Source: Methanotrichaceae archaeon
GTDB lineage: Archaea; Halobacteriota; Methanosarcinia; Methanotrichales; Methanotrichaceae
Assembly: GCA_963803145.1 (NCBI GenBank)
Contig: CAWDLW010000015.1
Location: 192,001-256,000, forward strand
Direction: 5' to 3'
Length of the DNA: 64,000 bases
Below the pieces are notes generated by a model, which had not been told where the DNA came from, ran no database searches, and saw nothing but the letters and a program-made list of their open reading frames with translations. Both the position numbers and the translations under genes were made by a program. Below, piece after piece: positions 47,539-57,511 of this stretch; the first letter of the stretch is position 1; every line of letters begins with the position of its first letter.

Positions 47539-48807
47539 ATGCTTATAATGTCAGACCAATGTACGTGTCATAGTCACAATACACATCCATATGAGAGAAC
47601 TCAAGAAAACGATTTCTCTTTCAGCATCATCTGTGAAGAGGATGGAACTCGAGCTAGATCAGGAATAATAAAAACCAGGCACGGTAGCATAGAGACGCCT
47701 TATTTCGTGCCTGTCGCAACCCTGGCCTCAGTTCGCTCCCTTGGATCGGATGATTTGGATGCTCTCGGTGTGCAATGCACACTTGCAAATACATATCATC
47801 TTCACTTGAAGCCGGGAGATGAGGTTGTAAGAAGATTGGGCGGCTTACACAGGTTTATGGGGTTTGGCAGGCCCATCTTTTCAGATTCGGGCGGATTTCA
47901 AGCATTTTCTCTAGGATACGGAAGGGAACATAATTTAAATAAAATTGGAGGCGTATTTCCCAGAGGAAGAAACGCCGATGTGCCTAAGGAGAACCTGACA
48001 AAGATCACAGACGAAGGCATCTCTTTCAAATCCCTTTATGATGGAGCATGGCATTTCTTGAATGCGAAGAGATCCATGGAAATTCAGTCTAACTTAGGCT
48101 CGGATATAATAATGGCCTTCGATGAGTGTACTTCCCCGCTCTCGGACTATAGTTATACTAAAAAGGCAATGGAGCGAACCCATGAGTGGGCAAGATCCTC
48201 TCTGGAATACCACGATAATAGTCAGGCAATTTACGGCATAATTCAGGGCGGCTGGTTCGAGGATTTGAGGGCTGAGAGCACCGAGTTCATCAAGTCGCTT
48301 CCCTTCGACGGCATCGCCATCGGCGGCTCCTTAGGCAACTGCAAGAAGGATATGCATCAGGTTCTGGATTGGGTGATTCCAAAGCTTGACACCAGGCCAA
48401 GACATCTTCTTGGAATAGGCGAGATCGACGATGTCTTCGAGTGCATAGAGCGCGGGATAGATACCTTTGACTGTGTCTCGCCCACAAGGATTGCCAGGAG
48501 AGGAAGCCTGTATATATCCCCAGAATCAGGCGGATGCATTGAGAATAAGTTCAGGATAGATATAAAGGCCAATAGGCATAAAGAGGACTTGAAGCCCATA
48601 GATCCTGCGTGCAGATGTCCCACATGTCTCAGATACTCCAGAGCATATCTGAGGCACCTTTATGCTGCCAAAGAGCTGACTTACTTCCGATTGGCATCCA
48701 TTCATAATCTCTATTTCATGCTCAGGCTTATGGAGATGATAAGGGAGAGCATAAAGCAAGGCACATTTACTGAATTGAAGGATAAATGGCTGAATATAAA
48801 TGTCTGA
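47539..48807 (+). CDS. tgt: Bacterial-type tRNA-guanine(34) transglycosylase
   Basis: LANTYHLHLKPG, DSGGFQ, SDIIMAFDEC, GIIQGG, RHLLGIG, GIDTFDCV.PTRIARRG, CRCPTC..YSRAYLRHL, IHNL. Confidence 0.95.
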   Translation: MLIMSDQCTCHSHNTHPYERTQENDFSFSIICEEDGTRARSGIIKTRHGSIETPYFVPVATLASVRSLGSDDLDALGVQCTLANTYHLHLKPGDEVVRRLGGLHRFMGFGRPIFSDSGGFQAFSLGYGREHNLNKIGGVFPRGRNADVPKENLTKITDEGISFKSLYDGAWHFLNAKRSMEIQSNLGSDIIMAFDECTSPLSDYSYTKKAMERTHEWARSSLEYHDNSQAIYGIIQGGWFEDLRAESTEFIKSLPFDGIAIGGSLGNCKKDMHQVLDWVIPKLDTRPRHLLGIGEIDDVFECIERGIDTFDCVSPTRIARRGSLYISPESGGCIENKFRIDIKANRHKEDLKPIDPACRCPTCLRYSRAYLRHLYAAKELTYFRLASIHNLYFMLRLMEMIRESIKQGTFTELKDKWLNINV

Positions 48808-49609
48808 AAGGTTGAATCGTGAGGATAGTTCAGTTATGGTTGATGAGCCCAAATATAGCAGAGATGAGGCCTACAGCTTAAATGATAAGGTACACAAATT
48901 TCTATACAAATTTGAGCTGGATAAAACTCAAGTTACAATAATCATCTGCGGTCTCTACATATTCTTCTCCTTTGCGGGAAATATTGCAGCAACAAAGGTC
49001 ACATACTTCGGAAATTTTGTAATGGATGCGGGGTTCATTTACTCTCTCACATTCACCTGGAGGGATCTTATACATAAACAGCTGGGAAAGAAGGCTGCTG
49101 TTACTACTATATGGATGAGCGCTATAATAAATCTTATTGCAGCCCTTTACTTTCAGCTTGTGGTTCTCATGCCTGCGCAGTCCGGATGGGCCGATAAGGG
49201 AGGGCAAGCTGCATGGCAATTTCTCTTTGGCATAATTGATACCTCAGGCGGTGTATGGTGGCAGGCCATATTTTCACTCCAGCTTAGAATAGTCATAGGT
49301 TCGATAATAACTATGGTGATTGCAGAGCTTGTGGATACCCAGGTATATCATCAGTGGACCTCGGGAATAGGAAAGGATAAACCCGAGTGGACAAGGGTCT
49401 TCGTCTCCAATGCGTTCTCAATTCCAGTCGATAGCATTCTCTTCCCTTTGATAGCCTTCACAGGGATTGTCGGCGTAGACGCGATGATGCAGATGTTCGG
49501 CACAAATATAATCGTCAAGGTGATAACTACACTTCTGGCCTTCTGGACGATATACCTAGTGCCAGAGAAGCCTATCTATAGGGATGTGGCGAAATCAGTA
49601 GAGAGTTGA
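48800..49609 (+). CDS. YhhQ/VUT-family queuosine-precursor transporter
   Basis: NIAATK, FTWRDLIH..LGK, RIVIGS...AELVD, R...SN..S.PVDSILF..IAF; 8-nt overlap with tgt. Confidence 0.88.
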   Translation: MSERLNREDSSVMVDEPKYSRDEAYSLNDKVHKFLYKFELDKTQVTIIICGLYIFFSFAGNIAATKVTYFGNFVMDAGFIYSLTFTWRDLIHKQLGKKAAVTTIWMSAIINLIAALYFQLVVLMPAQSGWADKGGQAAWQFLFGIIDTSGGVWWQAIFSLQLRIVIGSIITMVIAELVDTQVYHQWTSGIGKDKPEWTRVFVSNAFSIPVDSILFPLIAFTGIVGVDAMMQMFGTNIIVKVITTLLAFWTIYLVPEKPIYRDVAKSVES

Positions 49610-49739
49610 TGCCAAGGATATGAATATACTTAGGATGCAAGGACTTAATATAGCCAGATATGGCTCGAATAGCCATATCTGGCGTCTTTTCTATTTTGAT
49701 CTAAAACTTTATATTAATAATTCATCGATCACTTTCGTC

Positions 49740-50606
49740 TTAGATGAAGTTCTCCAGAACCCGCCTCAGTCCCGCCTCCCTGTCCACTTTATGCGGCTTG
49801 TATCCGGGAAACATCTCATCGAACCTGGGCATATCCTTTTCATAGAACTTTCCAATGGCCACAGGCGCATCAGAGTTGTAATCCCACGACCTTATTATCT
49901 TGAGTGCTTCATCGAAGTTGCTGGGATCATTGTCCTTAACCTCGTAAATGCGCTTGTTATAGAAGTCATAAAGGTTGTTGTAGGTCACACAAACCTGAAG
50001 AACATCCACGAAGGAGAATCCTTTATGCATTATAGCATCCTTGAGCAATCTCTTGAAATGCTCCATCCTGCCAGGATAAGCCCTAGCTATGAAAGATGCA
50101 CCGCTTGCAAGCATTATCTCCAGAGGATTCATAGGATACTCCTCAGTTCCCTTCGGAGTCGATTTTCCTCTAAAGCCCATAGGAGATGTTGGCGTGTACT
50201 GGCCTGTAGTCAGGCCGTAAACGCGGTTATCATGTAGAACCAATGTCAGATCGATGTTCCTCTTTGCGGCAAATACGAGATGATCCAGGCCCTCTGCCAG
50301 CGAATCGCCATCACCTGAGAAGCATATCACCTTAAGCTCAGGATTCGCTAGCTTAATGGCTGTTGCTGCAGGCAGCGTTCTTCCATGTATCGAATAAAAG
50401 CTGTTTACGTTCAGATAATCTGCAATCTTCGCATGCTGGCCGATTCCAGATACTATGACAACATTCTCCAGTGGAAAGCCTTCATCGCTCATCTCCTTGA
50501 GCAGAGATTTCATTGCATTCAGGATGCCGAAGTTCGCACAGCCGGGGCACCACTGGTTCTTGGCATAGGTTGTTATATCTTTAGGATTCATATCTTTAGA
50601 ACTCAT
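49740..50606 (-). CDS. korB: 2-oxoacid:ferredoxin oxidoreductase beta subunit
   Basis: WCPGC, SGIG, HGR, GDGD, DNRVYGLTTGQ. Confidence 0.9.
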   Translation of the reverse strand: MSSKDMNPKDITTYAKNQWCPGCANFGILNAMKSLLKEMSDEGFPLENVVIVSGIGQHAKIADYLNVNSFYSIHGRTLPAATAIKLANPELKVICFSGDGDSLAEGLDHLVFAAKRNIDLTLVLHDNRVYGLTTGQYTPTSPMGFRGKSTPKGTEEYPMNPLEIMLASGASFIARAYPGRMEHFKRLLKDAIMHKGFSFVDVLQVCVTYNNLYDFYNKRIYEVKDNDPSNFDEALKIIRSWDYNSDAPVAIGKFYEKDMPRFDEMFPGYKPHKVDREAGLRRVLENFI

Positions 50607-52264
50607 GCTGCCACCTTCCCAAGCTCTGCCTCAAGGTCGTCCAATGAGAAAGGCCTGCCGTCATACTTCAGTATTTTATCATCAGTACGGATTCCATATT
50701 GCATGAGGAGCCTTGCAAGCTGACCTGTTGAGTTGCATTCTACGCATATCGTCCTCTCGACAGACCTCAATGCCTCTTTCAGCTTTTTCAAGGGAAATGG
50801 AGATAACACCAATACTTGGATTGCCTTCATGCCGAACTTCTCGGCAGCCTCCATGCAGACTCCTTTGTTTGAGCCCCAGCATAATAATGCCGTCTTTCCC
50901 TCGCCGTAAACCTTTACAGTCTCATAGTTATCCAAATCCTTTGACATGGATATTCCCTTGAGCCTCCGCTTATCTACGAGGTCGCTCGTGATTTTGGGGT
51001 CCTCAGTTGTTATGCCATACTCATCATGGACATAGCTATCTATCTTTATCACCTGATCCTTTGCAGGCGGGAACGCAAGCGGCGAGACGCCCGTATCTGT
51101 ATATTTATATCTATCATACTTGCCCTCGCCATTCCATAGTAGAGGAGCCTCCTCATCCGGTTCGCCCGCCGCTCCGATATCGAAGCTATAAAGCCCTTCG
51201 GATACGATTTTATCAGAGAGTATGAATGCAGGAACCTGGTACTTCCATGCCATGTTCATTGCAACACCCGACCAATAGTATGCATCATCTGCATCCCCAG
51301 GTGAGACAACGAACCGCGGAAACTCGCCCTGGCCGGCGTTGAGTATGAAGTGCAGATCGCTCTGAGCCGTATATGTCGGCAGACCTGTAGATGGACCCGT
51401 TCTTTGTCCCATCATTATTACGACAGGCAGCTCTGCCTGCCCTGCCAGGCTCAGGCCCTCGGTCATTAGACAGAAGCCTCCGCCGGAAGTTCCCACTGCA
51501 GTCTTGACTCCAGCATATGCAAATCCTAAGGCCATGAGCATAACAGCGATCTCGCTTTCAGGATGGATAACCTTGAGACCGAACTCTTCTGCGAGAGCTG
51601 CCATAAACTCGAGAAGGCTTGAAGATGGTGTCATGGGGTATGCTACATATGCATTCAATCCCCCCTTGATAAGTCCGAGTCCAATCGCATGGTTTCCTGT
51701 GAGAACAGGCAAACTTGGCTGGTCCAGCTTTTTTATCTCGACATGTTTCTGGGCAACATCGTATCCTCTTCGGGCTATCCTCAAGTTCTCTTCCAGCTTC
51801 TTGGGTATATGCTTTTTAAGAACCAGCTCAAGTACTCTCCAATCGATTCCCAGAGATTTGCAGAGCCCGCCTATAATGCAGGTGTTGCGCATGACTGAAA
51901 GGCCGCCCTCTTCCTTCAATATTTTCTCAATAGGTAGCGGAAGCATTGTCTGCTTCAGGCCTTCAGGCTTCACTTTCCCTTGATCATATATGATGAGGGC
52001 ATCATCCTTGAGCCTGAATTTATGAATGTTAATCGTATCTTGATTCAAGGCAAGAATTGCATCAACACGATCTTTGTGCACCCCGATCTTATGGCTTGAA
52101 GCTCTTACGATAACGAAATTATGCCCGCCCCTGACAAGGGAAGGGTAGTCATAATACATGTAGACCCTGTATCCAAGCTGGTTGAAAAGACGGCCGATGG
52201 TCAGTCCAGCCTCATTTATGCCGTCTCCGGCTATGCCTCCTACAAGAACAGAAAAATCATTCAT
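50603..52264 (-). CDS. korA: 2-oxoacid:ferredoxin oxidoreductase alpha (gamma-alpha) subunit
   Basis: YPSLVRGGHN, AYPMTPSS, ESEIA, TSGGGF, RTGPSTGLPT. Confidence 0.9.
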   Translation of the reverse strand: MNDFSVLVGGIAGDGINEAGLTIGRLFNQLGYRVYMYYDYPSLVRGGHNFVIVRASSHKIGVHKDRVDAILALNQDTINIHKFRLKDDALIIYDQGKVKPEGLKQTMLPLPIEKILKEEGGLSVMRNTCIIGGLCKSLGIDWRVLELVLKKHIPKKLEENLRIARRGYDVAQKHVEIKKLDQPSLPVLTGNHAIGLGLIKGGLNAYVAYPMTPSSSLLEFMAALAEEFGLKVIHPESEIAVMLMALGFAYAGVKTAVGTSGGGFCLMTEGLSLAGQAELPVVIMMGQRTGPSTGLPTYTAQSDLHFILNAGQGEFPRFVVSPGDADDAYYWSGVAMNMAWKYQVPAFILSDKIVSEGLYSFDIGAAGEPDEEAPLLWNGEGKYDRYKYTDTGVSPLAFPPAKDQVIKIDSYVHDEYGITTEDPKITSDLVDKRRLKGISMSKDLDNYETVKVYGEGKTALLCWGSNKGVCMEAAEKFGMKAIQVLVLSPFPLKKLKEALRSVERTICVECNSTGQLARLLMQYGIRTDDKILKYDGRPFSLDDLEAELGKVAA

Positions 52265-52662
52265 TCAATTTCTCCTTTCTTACGCCATATTTAATTGAAG
52301 TCAGCATTCAATATCTCGATTCCAATACTATATCTCATAATACAGTATAAAGAATTTCCTGTATTCTCAAACGGCAATCACAATTTCTTCCATTGTGCGT
52401 ACTAGCCATCTAGCTATCAATTTATCAATTGTACATTTTACAATATCAATGGAACATTATAGTTTACATCTTTTAAAATTATATTAAGGGTTGTAGGACT
52501 GAAGTAGCTATGACGATTTGCGGGTTTTGCTTCAGATTATCCGAATCTAATCCAACTTACCGTAATAATTATTTAGTCCAGATGATATATACTTATATTT
52601 GACAAGCTGATGTTATAAAATATCGCTTGTCTTGCCGCAGAATTTTAAAAGGAGATTGAAAC

Positions 52663-52815
52663 ATGAAGGTCAAGTCCGTTCAGAAGTTCAACTACGCCGA
52701 CTCGTCTGGCGCAACTCAGAGCATCGATCCGGGAATGGTTGTAGATGTTCCTGAGGGTATAGCCAAGAACTGGATCAGTATGGGATGGGCTACTGAATAT
52801 AAGCCTGCAAAATAA
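52663..52815 (+). CDS. 50-aa small protein missed by the ORF track
   Basis: AGGAG RBS; MKVKSVQKFNYADSSGATQSIDPGMVVDVPEGIAKNWISMGWATEYKPAK. Confidence 0.7.
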   Translation: MKVKSVQKFNYADSSGATQSIDPGMVVDVPEGIAKNWISMGWATEYKPAK

Positions 52816-52968
52816 CCGGTTCACTGGATTCTAGAGTTTTCAGGAAAACTCTTTTTCCTTGACAGCCCGATATTCAATATTTACCACCGCCAATCCTCAC
52901 ATGTTGTGTGGAAATACCCCTCTTTCCTTAGCGATCATCATTTATACCCCTTGAATAGTCTAACTGAC

Positions 52969-54816
52969 ATGCATAACGGGTTGAGCCCCAGATCGGGCAA
53001 ATCCATTGTTATAATTCTAGCGATCATAACAATGATACTTTCTGGTTTCGCAGACGCTACATTCTCCGTCAAACCAGGAAATAGCATTCAGTCAGCCATA
53101 AGCGCTGCCAATCCAGGCCAAATCATTGAGGTGCAAAACGGCACCTTCCATGAGCGGATCAATATTACCAAACCTATCGCCCTTAAAGGGGTGGGTAATC
53201 CAATTATTGATGCAGGCGGCATTGGAAGCGCTATAACCATCTCGGCAAGTGGTTCAACTCTACTCGGATTTACAGTTACAGGATCCGGCATTGGTGGCGG
53301 AGATGCCGGCATAAAGGTGCTCTCCAGCGATAATATAATCAAAGACAACACAGTCATCAAAAATAATAACTACGGAATGATCCTATATCATAATGACAAA
53401 AATACTATACTTTCGAATGCAATGGTAGGAAACAAAAAAGGCGGAATTTTGCTGGTTCATTCCAACAACAATCTGATCTGGGACAACAATGTCAGCATGA
53501 ACTGGAACGGCATCACTATTGAAACCTCTACCGGCAATACCATCAAGTCCAACAATCTGACCAGGAACAAGTTGGGCATAAATGTTTCGAGCAATAACAT
53601 AAGCGAGAGTATCACCCCACATGGCAAGGGTGTATCAATTAAATACAGCGCCATCAGCAAACTGACGACCTACAATATCGACCAGAACAGCACAGGCTCA
53701 TCACCCAACGTCAACATCATCTATCAGAACAATCTTCAGAACAACGGCCAGAGTGCCTTCGACGATGGCAACAACCAGTGGGATAACGGCAAGGCAGGCA
53801 ACCATTATAGCAACTATGATGCCTATGAACAAGGCTGCACTGATCGCAACAGAAATGGCATCTGTGATAATAGTTATAGCATTCCGGGAGGACACAACGT
53901 AGATTCACTGCCGAAAGCCTCTCCTGACGCCATACTCAGCTACAAGTCAAAGGGATTGATGGGCTCAGAGCTGAAGATAGACCATAAAACCTTCCTGCCC
54001 GGCGCGGATATCAATGTAATATATCAGGCTCCAAGAAACTTCTCGGGCTGGGTGGGTGTTATAAAGGCGGATCAGCCCAGAGGAAGCGCCAGCCAGGAAA
54101 TGGCGCTGACCTATCAGAAGTTTGTAGGCTCATCAGGCATATTGAATCTACGGGCTCCAGCCGACAGCGGCGCATACGATCTTCGATTGTACGATGCTAC
54201 CAGCGGCGAGGAGATGGCCTCTTTGAATTTCATGGTCAAAATCCCAACGATTTCCGCCACTCCTAGCCCGGTGTATACTTGTGAGCAGATTACAGTCGCT
54301 TACGCAGGAGCCCCAGGTTTTGATAATGACTGGATAGCCATGTACAGATCGGGATCACCTGATACCAGTTACATTAATCGCCAGTACCTGGATGGAAAAG
54401 AGAACGGCACATTGATCCTTGACTCCCCCGATCCGGGCAGTTATGACTTCAGGATGTTCGAGAATAATAGTTACACCCGACTGGCCGCCAGCAACAGTGT
54501 GACAGTCAGAGCCTATAATGGCACCAAGGTCGAGGCCACACCAACTCATGTTGCGCCCGGAGGTACAGTCACTGTAACCTATTGGGGTGCACCGGCATCA
54601 GGATCAGGTGTCATTGGAATGTATGGAATGACTAGGCCTGACAAGTTCCCCATTGAAACAAGATCCCTTGGCAGCAGGAGCTGCGGAAGAATGACTTGGA
54701 AGCTTCCTTATGACGCAGGGCAATACGACTTCAGAATGTTCTACTCCGCGATCACCGATGTCGGACAAGGAGCTTACCAGATTTTGGGCCAGAGCGATGT
54801 GGTAACAGTAGGCTAG
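52969..54816 (+). CDS. Secreted NosD/parallel beta-helix protein with three C-terminal Ig-like repeats
   Basis: IQSAISAANPG, N-rich beta-helix, WDNGKAGNHYS, DxNxNGICD; repeats ending GxYDFRMF. Confidence 0.85.
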   Translation: MHNGLSPRSGKSIVIILAIITMILSGFADATFSVKPGNSIQSAISAANPGQIIEVQNGTFHERINITKPIALKGVGNPIIDAGGIGSAITISASGSTLLGFTVTGSGIGGGDAGIKVLSSDNIIKDNTVIKNNNYGMILYHNDKNTILSNAMVGNKKGGILLVHSNNNLIWDNNVSMNWNGITIETSTGNTIKSNNLTRNKLGINVSSNNISESITPHGKGVSIKYSAISKLTTYNIDQNSTGSSPNVNIIYQNNLQNNGQSAFDDGNNQWDNGKAGNHYSNYDAYEQGCTDRNRNGICDNSYSIPGGHNVDSLPKASPDAILSYKSKGLMGSELKIDHKTFLPGADINVIYQAPRNFSGWVGVIKADQPRGSASQEMALTYQKFVGSSGILNLRAPADSGAYDLRLYDATSGEEMASLNFMVKIPTISATPSPVYTCEQITVAYAGAPGFDNDWIAMYRSGSPDTSYINRQYLDGKENGTLILDSPDPGSYDFRMFENNSYTRLAASNSVTVRAYNGTKVEATPTHVAPGGTVTVTYWGAPASGSGVIGMYGMTRPDKFPIETRSLGSRSCGRMTWKLPYDAGQYDFRMFYSAITDVGQGAYQILGQSDVVTVG

Positions 54817-55342
54817 AAGCTAGGGAGTTAGTAGCCTGGCGGCAGAAGGATTGATCTGCGAGTAGCATAGCCGCCTAGGCGCAACTCCCTCCATTTTGAG
54901 GAAGCTATTCATGTCGTCGATTAAATCAACTAACGATCGCAGGAATCTATAAATTTTTTATCTTCCAAGGCTACAAAAATAAAAATTTCATATATGGCGA
55001 TTGATCAAGACCAAAGGGCATATCAATTAATCAAAGAATATATCAGAGCAGTCCAAGAACGTGAAAATGTATTATGGATAGAGCCCCCGATATGAGTATT
55101 GTTGCTTGCTTATCCTCTAGGTATATGTGCTAATTATCAGAATCAAGATTTAATATTCTCTTAATTAAGTACTTTGGCAGCGTATGCGTATATTTAAAAC
55201 AAAATCAGAATCAAAAATTTAGGTAAGATAAGTAAGTAATACGATACTGTAGCCATCGTAATGGCATAACGTTAGAACAGCATATTCCTATACCTTTATT
55301 AAAAAAACAAAGAGAGACTTTATTAACGTTGGTGGGGCGATT

Positions 55343-57460
55343 ATGAAGACATGGATTGTACTGCTTCCAATAATTATTACCTTAGCATTGTCAAATAGCA
55401 TAAATGCAGAAGAAGCGAATACTACTGATCATATCGAAGTGACTACTATCGGTCATCCTACCGGGGCCATTTGCCCTACAGAGTCGGGCTGTCCAACTGG
55501 TTCATCTTGTCCATCCGGAAGCGTCTGCCTAACTGACAGCGGTAGCTGCCCCACAGGAGGAAGCTGCCAGGGAAATACTTGCCCAAGCTGTGTTGAGTGT
55601 GTGTCTGCAGCATTCTGTCCAACCGGCTCCAAATGTGCGACAAGTTCCGGTTGCACTACTACAAGCAGCTGCCCAAGCGGAGCTGATTGTCCGACAGGTT
55701 CAAGCTGTGCGACCAACTCGGGCTGCACGACGGGAGCAACCTGCTTAACGGGGGCAACATGTCCTACAGATAGTGGATGTATCACAGGTGCAAGCTGTCC
55801 GACGGGATCTGGCTGTACAACTGGCGCAAGCTGTACATCAGATGCAAATTGTCCAACCGCAGCAGACTGCGTTACCAGCAGCAAATGCCCAAGCGGCCCA
55901 TCCTGTCCGACCGTATTGGGCTGTTGCGAAATAATAACCGATTCCAATACACCGACTGGTACAGACTGTCCGACAGGATCAACTTGCTTAACGGGGGCAA
56001 CATGTCCTACAGATAGTGGATGTATCACAGGTGCAAGCTGTCCAACTGGGTCTGGCTGTACAACTGGTGCAAGCTGTACATCAGATGCAAATTGTCCAAC
56101 CGCGGCAGACTGCGTTACCAGTAGCATTTGCCCGAGCGGCCCATCCTGTCCGACCGTATTGGGTTGTTGTGAAATAGTAACTGATTCAGGTACACCGACT
56201 GGTGCAGGCTGTCCAACAGGGTCCGATTGCACAACAAGCATAAGCTGCCCGACGGGTGCCAGCTGTCCAACTGGCGCGAGCTGTACATCAGATGCAAATT
56301 GTCCAACCGCGGCAGACTGCGTTACCAGCAGCAAATGCCCAAGCGGCCCATCCTGTCCGACCGTGTTGGGGTGCTGTCAAATAGTAACCAATTCGGGCAC
56401 TCCATCCAGCAATGGCTGTGTAACCGCCGCGATATGTCCAACTAGCGCAAGCTGTATGACAGGCACATCTTGCCCATCAACGAGCGATTGTCCCACAAGC
56501 TTGCTCTGCCCGACATTTAGCGATTGCACAACGAGTTCTCTATGTCCATCCAGCAGCGGCTGTATGACTAACTCAGAATGTCCAACAGGCAGCGACTGCG
56601 TAGCAGGTCCAAACTGCCAAGGTGACCTCACCTGCCCACGCAACATAGTATGCACGACATGCGGCATCTCCTCTGGGAGCAGATATAAGGAAAGCATCCA
56701 GAGACTGCTGACATTATCTGTTCAAAATGTGAACTACTACAAATACTCTGAGAACGCTCAAATGAATGCTATATTCAACGGCCCATATCCAACGACTCGA
56801 CAGATTAGCACTAAAGATGAAAGTGGAATCGTAGATTTAAAGGATAAAAATGCAAAGCAGATTTTAAAATTAGTGAGTTCCGATTATAGCGGCAAAACCC
56901 TCTCATCGCAAGAGAGCGAAGCTTATCTGATCGGCGATAAATTATATACCAAAGTAAATGGAGAATGGGCAGAGTCCGTAATCTCCAATCCTGTAAAGGC
57001 GTTTGAAGAACGCGACAAGCTTAAAGGCCTTGTGGGGCTCATCAGCAGCTCTGATATGGAAGTGATTGGCACTGAGGTAATTGATGGACAGCGATGCTAT
57101 AAGTTGAAGATCAATCCCGAGCTTCATGCTGCGAATAGCATACTTGCAGACCAGGCCATCGCAGCATATTCTTCAACTGCAGTATCGCTCCCATCGATAA
57201 GCTCGGAAGACCTATCGGAAGGCAATACTCTGCTCGATAACAGCAATATATCCTATACAATTTGGATCACATCGGCTACATACATTCCGAAGATGATGAA
57301 TGCAGAGATAACATTCGCTCTGACTCCCGCAAGCCTTAAGGGCGGATCGGACAGCATCCCCGACTTCAGAATTGATGCTGAAACGTTGGATACAATAGTG
57401 TTCAGTGACTTCAATGTGCCGGAGAAAATAGAAGTACCTACAGAGGTAAAGAGCTCCTGA
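55343..57460 (+). CDS. Secreted Cys-rich C-x5 repeat protein with C-terminal LppX/LprAFG-like domain
   Basis: Signal peptide; 67 Cys in about 400 aa; C-terminal EAYLIGDKLYTK, GTEVIDGQRCYKLKI, FSDFNVPEKIEVP. Confidence 0.85.
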   Translation: MKTWIVLLPIIITLALSNSINAEEANTTDHIEVTTIGHPTGAICPTESGCPTGSSCPSGSVCLTDSGSCPTGGSCQGNTCPSCVECVSAAFCPTGSKCATSSGCTTTSSCPSGADCPTGSSCATNSGCTTGATCLTGATCPTDSGCITGASCPTGSGCTTGASCTSDANCPTAADCVTSSKCPSGPSCPTVLGCCEIITDSNTPTGTDCPTGSTCLTGATCPTDSGCITGASCPTGSGCTTGASCTSDANCPTAADCVTSSICPSGPSCPTVLGCCEIVTDSGTPTGAGCPTGSDCTTSISCPTGASCPTGASCTSDANCPTAADCVTSSKCPSGPSCPTVLGCCQIVTNSGTPSSNGCVTAAICPTSASCMTGTSCPSTSDCPTSLLCPTFSDCTTSSLCPSSSGCMTNSECPTGSDCVAGPNCQGDLTCPRNIVCTTCGISSGSRYKESIQRLLTLSVQNVNYYKYSENAQMNAIFNGPYPTTRQISTKDESGIVDLKDKNAKQILKLVSSDYSGKTLSSQESEAYLIGDKLYTKVNGEWAESVISNPVKAFEERDKLKGLVGLISSSDMEVIGTEVIDGQRCYKLKINPELHAANSILADQAIAAYSSTAVSLPSISSEDLSEGNTLLDNSNISYTIWITSATYIPKMMNAEITFALTPASLKGGSDSIPDFRIDAETLDTIVFSDFNVPEKIEVPTEVKSS
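55736..56400 (+). repeat. Intragenic 243-bp tandem repeat (2 full copies plus 1 partial)
   Basis: TGCTTAACGGGGGCAACATGTCCTACAGATAG at 55742 and 55985; TGTACATCAGATGCAAATTGTCCAACC occurs three times. Confidence 0.88.
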
Positions 57461-57482
57461 AAAACATTGAATTTATATTGAC

Positions 57483-57503
57483 GGCAGCCTTAAGAGGGCT
57501 GCC
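57483..57503. terminator. Hairpin between convergent genes
   Basis: GGCAGCCTT-AAG-AGGGCTGCC. Confidence 0.55.
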
Positions 57504-57511
57504 CGAAATCT

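Noticed and set aside
54834-54880. Resemblance to 5S rRNA ends (GCCTGGCGGC...GAGTAG...GCCGCC)
   Set aside because: Far too short and lacks the internal 5S domains; not called rRNA
55453-56334. 293-aa antisense ORF, and other antisense ORFs over the adhesin and TPR genes
   Set aside because: Shadow frames of repetitive sense-strand genes
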